Source of the DNA: an uncultured euryarchaeote
GTDB lineage: Archaea > Thermoplasmatota > Poseidoniia > Poseidoniales > Poseidoniaceae
Length of the DNA stretch: 42,311 bases
NCBI GenBank assembly: GCA_963991835.1
Contig: CAXDRT010000002.1
Coordinates: 1 to 42,311 of the forward strand
Direction: 5' to 3'
The notes under the pieces are model-generated. The model ran no database searches, was not told the origin of the DNA, and saw only the letters and a list, made by a program, of their open reading frames with translations. Shown here piece by piece: positions 41,540 through 42,311 of this stretch. Within the stretch, counting starts at the first letter, position 1. Every line of letters starts with the position of its first letter. The translations under genes and the position numbers were made by a program.

Positions 41540-42311
41540 TCAACTGTAAGATCCAATATCTTCGGCAGTAATTCCGTAATGGTCCCAAGCAGGTTGAAGC
41601 CATGCTGAGACATCATAGGAAGTTCCAAGTTGAGATGCATCTGTTAAGTCCAGGATTCCGTTCATCGATGTAGCACCGTAGTCAGCGTAGTATCCTGGCA
41701 TGTTGCTTCCAGGGAATACGGAGGCGAATCCGTTACAGATTGTCTCGTTTGTTGCTGCTGCGTATACAATGTGTCCAGCTCCCATGTTGTAGCAGACCAT
41801 ATTTCCAGTACTAGGGGATTGTACCCAAGAGAAACCATCACAGTTGCTTGCTTCTCCAGCACCAATCCATGCCATACCGTGAGTTTGGTTGTTGTAACAG
41901 GCATCAGTGTAATCTGCAGTGTATGCTTCAATGGTCTTCCAGAAAGCGTATGCTTCAGCTTGGTACTTAGGTCCATCACTTGAAGAGTCCATCTTAGAGG
42001 TGTACTTTAGTACAGCTTGGGAGTATGCGATAATCACGTTCTTGACAACATCGTTTGTTGCGTTTGTGTAACCATCTTGGTTGGATGCTTGAAGATCTGC
42101 AAGTCCTGTAATCATTGCTTGTTGGATGTGGTAGGTTGTGTTTGCCATTCCAGCAACATGCTCGGTTCCAAAGTCAGCGCCTCTCTTGTTGAGAGTTGAG
42201 ACAGGTCCACAGCCAACGTTTTCATCAGGTCCGTGGAAGAAAGCCCAGCCTTCGTCCCAGTTGTGAGGTGCACCAGAGTCGTTGTCGACGTTTCCAGCAT
42301 CAGCCTTTGCA
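41540..42311 (-). CDS. Cysteine-rich, probably secreted protein (5' end outside the window); possible Fea1/ISIP2a- or DUF4856-like iron-associated family
   Basis: The track lists 41540..42148 from an internal Met. My translation shows the frame stays open to the window edge (AKADAGNVDNDSGAPHNWDEGWAFFHGPDENVGCGPVSTLNKRGADFGTEHVAG-MANTTY...). There are six Cys, no C-terminal anchor, and it is the first visible gene of the iron/heme operon. Confidence 0.55.
   Translation of the reverse strand, partial: AKADAGNVDNDSGAPHNWDEGWAFFHGPDENVGCGPVSTLNKRGADFGTEHVAGMANTTYHIQQAMITGLADLQASNQDGYTNATNDVVKNVIIAYSQAVLKYTSKMDSSSDGPKYQAEAYAFWKTIEAYTADYTDACYNNQTHGMAWIGAGEASNCDGFSWVQSPSTGNMVCYNMGAGHIVYAAATNETICNGFASVFPGSNMPGYYADYGATSMNGILDLTDASQLGTSYDVSAWLQPAWDHYGITAEDIGSYS

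Noticed and set aside
1-42311. Mobile elements, defence systems, tRNA/rRNA genes, prophage remnants
   Set aside because: I looked for transposase, integrase, recombinase, Cas, restriction-modification and toxin-antitoxin-like ORFs, and for cloverleaf-sized conserved segments in every gap larger than 40 nt. None was found. All gaps are short promoter or spacer regions.

Overview
This is a very compact 42.3-kb window with about 39 protein genes, almost no non-coding DNA and many stop/start overlaps. GGAGG-type ribosome-binding motifs sit inside the operons. I found no rRNA, tRNA, CRISPR array, transposase or integrase.

Gene content suggests a planktonic archaeon. It has a RibL-type FAD synthase, a stand-alone archaeal-style RibB, a methanogen-like lumazine synthase and giant surface proteins with thrombospondin-type-3 repeats. 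It has also acquired many bacterial-type genes. A Marine Group II/III (Thermoplasmatota)-like origin is an inference only, because no phylogenetic marker gene is present.

Modules from left to right:
- (1) 1-4800, minus strand: partial 2-oxoacid dehydrogenase E1, a TVP38 membrane protein, an orphan response regulator, a MoeB/UbaA-rhodanese E1-like enzyme and TrxB.
- (2) 4938-8495: a 1185-aa surface protein with beta-propeller and TSP3 repeats.
- (3) 8548-9081: a DUF457/YdjM-like membrane hydrolase interrupted by an in-frame TGA.
- (4) 9076-11263: riboflavin/FAD operon ribB-ribL-ribE-ribH.
- (5) An endonuclease-IV-like protein with a charged tail, followed by bacterial-type gpsA.
- (6) 13727-23463: a complete protoporphyrin-dependent heme pathway (hemA, hemC-hemD fusion, hemB, hemL, hemE, hemF, hemY, with convergent hemH).
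- (7) 23834-27651: an ABC importer with PhnC/PhnE-like ATPase and permease. Its substrate-binding lipoprotein is a two-lobed transferrin homologue that keeps the Asp/Tyr/Tyr/His iron ligands and the carbonate-anchoring motif in both lobes. This is the most interesting feature in the window.
- (8) 27739-35264: a dTDP-4-amino-4,6-dideoxyhexose and ArnC-like lipid-carrier glycan modification cluster.
- (9) 35266-42311: a tightly coupled six-gene operon. It encodes a cysteine-rich secreted protein, a 784-aa surface protein, a BtuF/HmuT-like binding protein, a FecCD permease, an ATPase and a HugZ/DUF2470 heme-degrading-type protein. I read it as a heme or iron acquisition locus.
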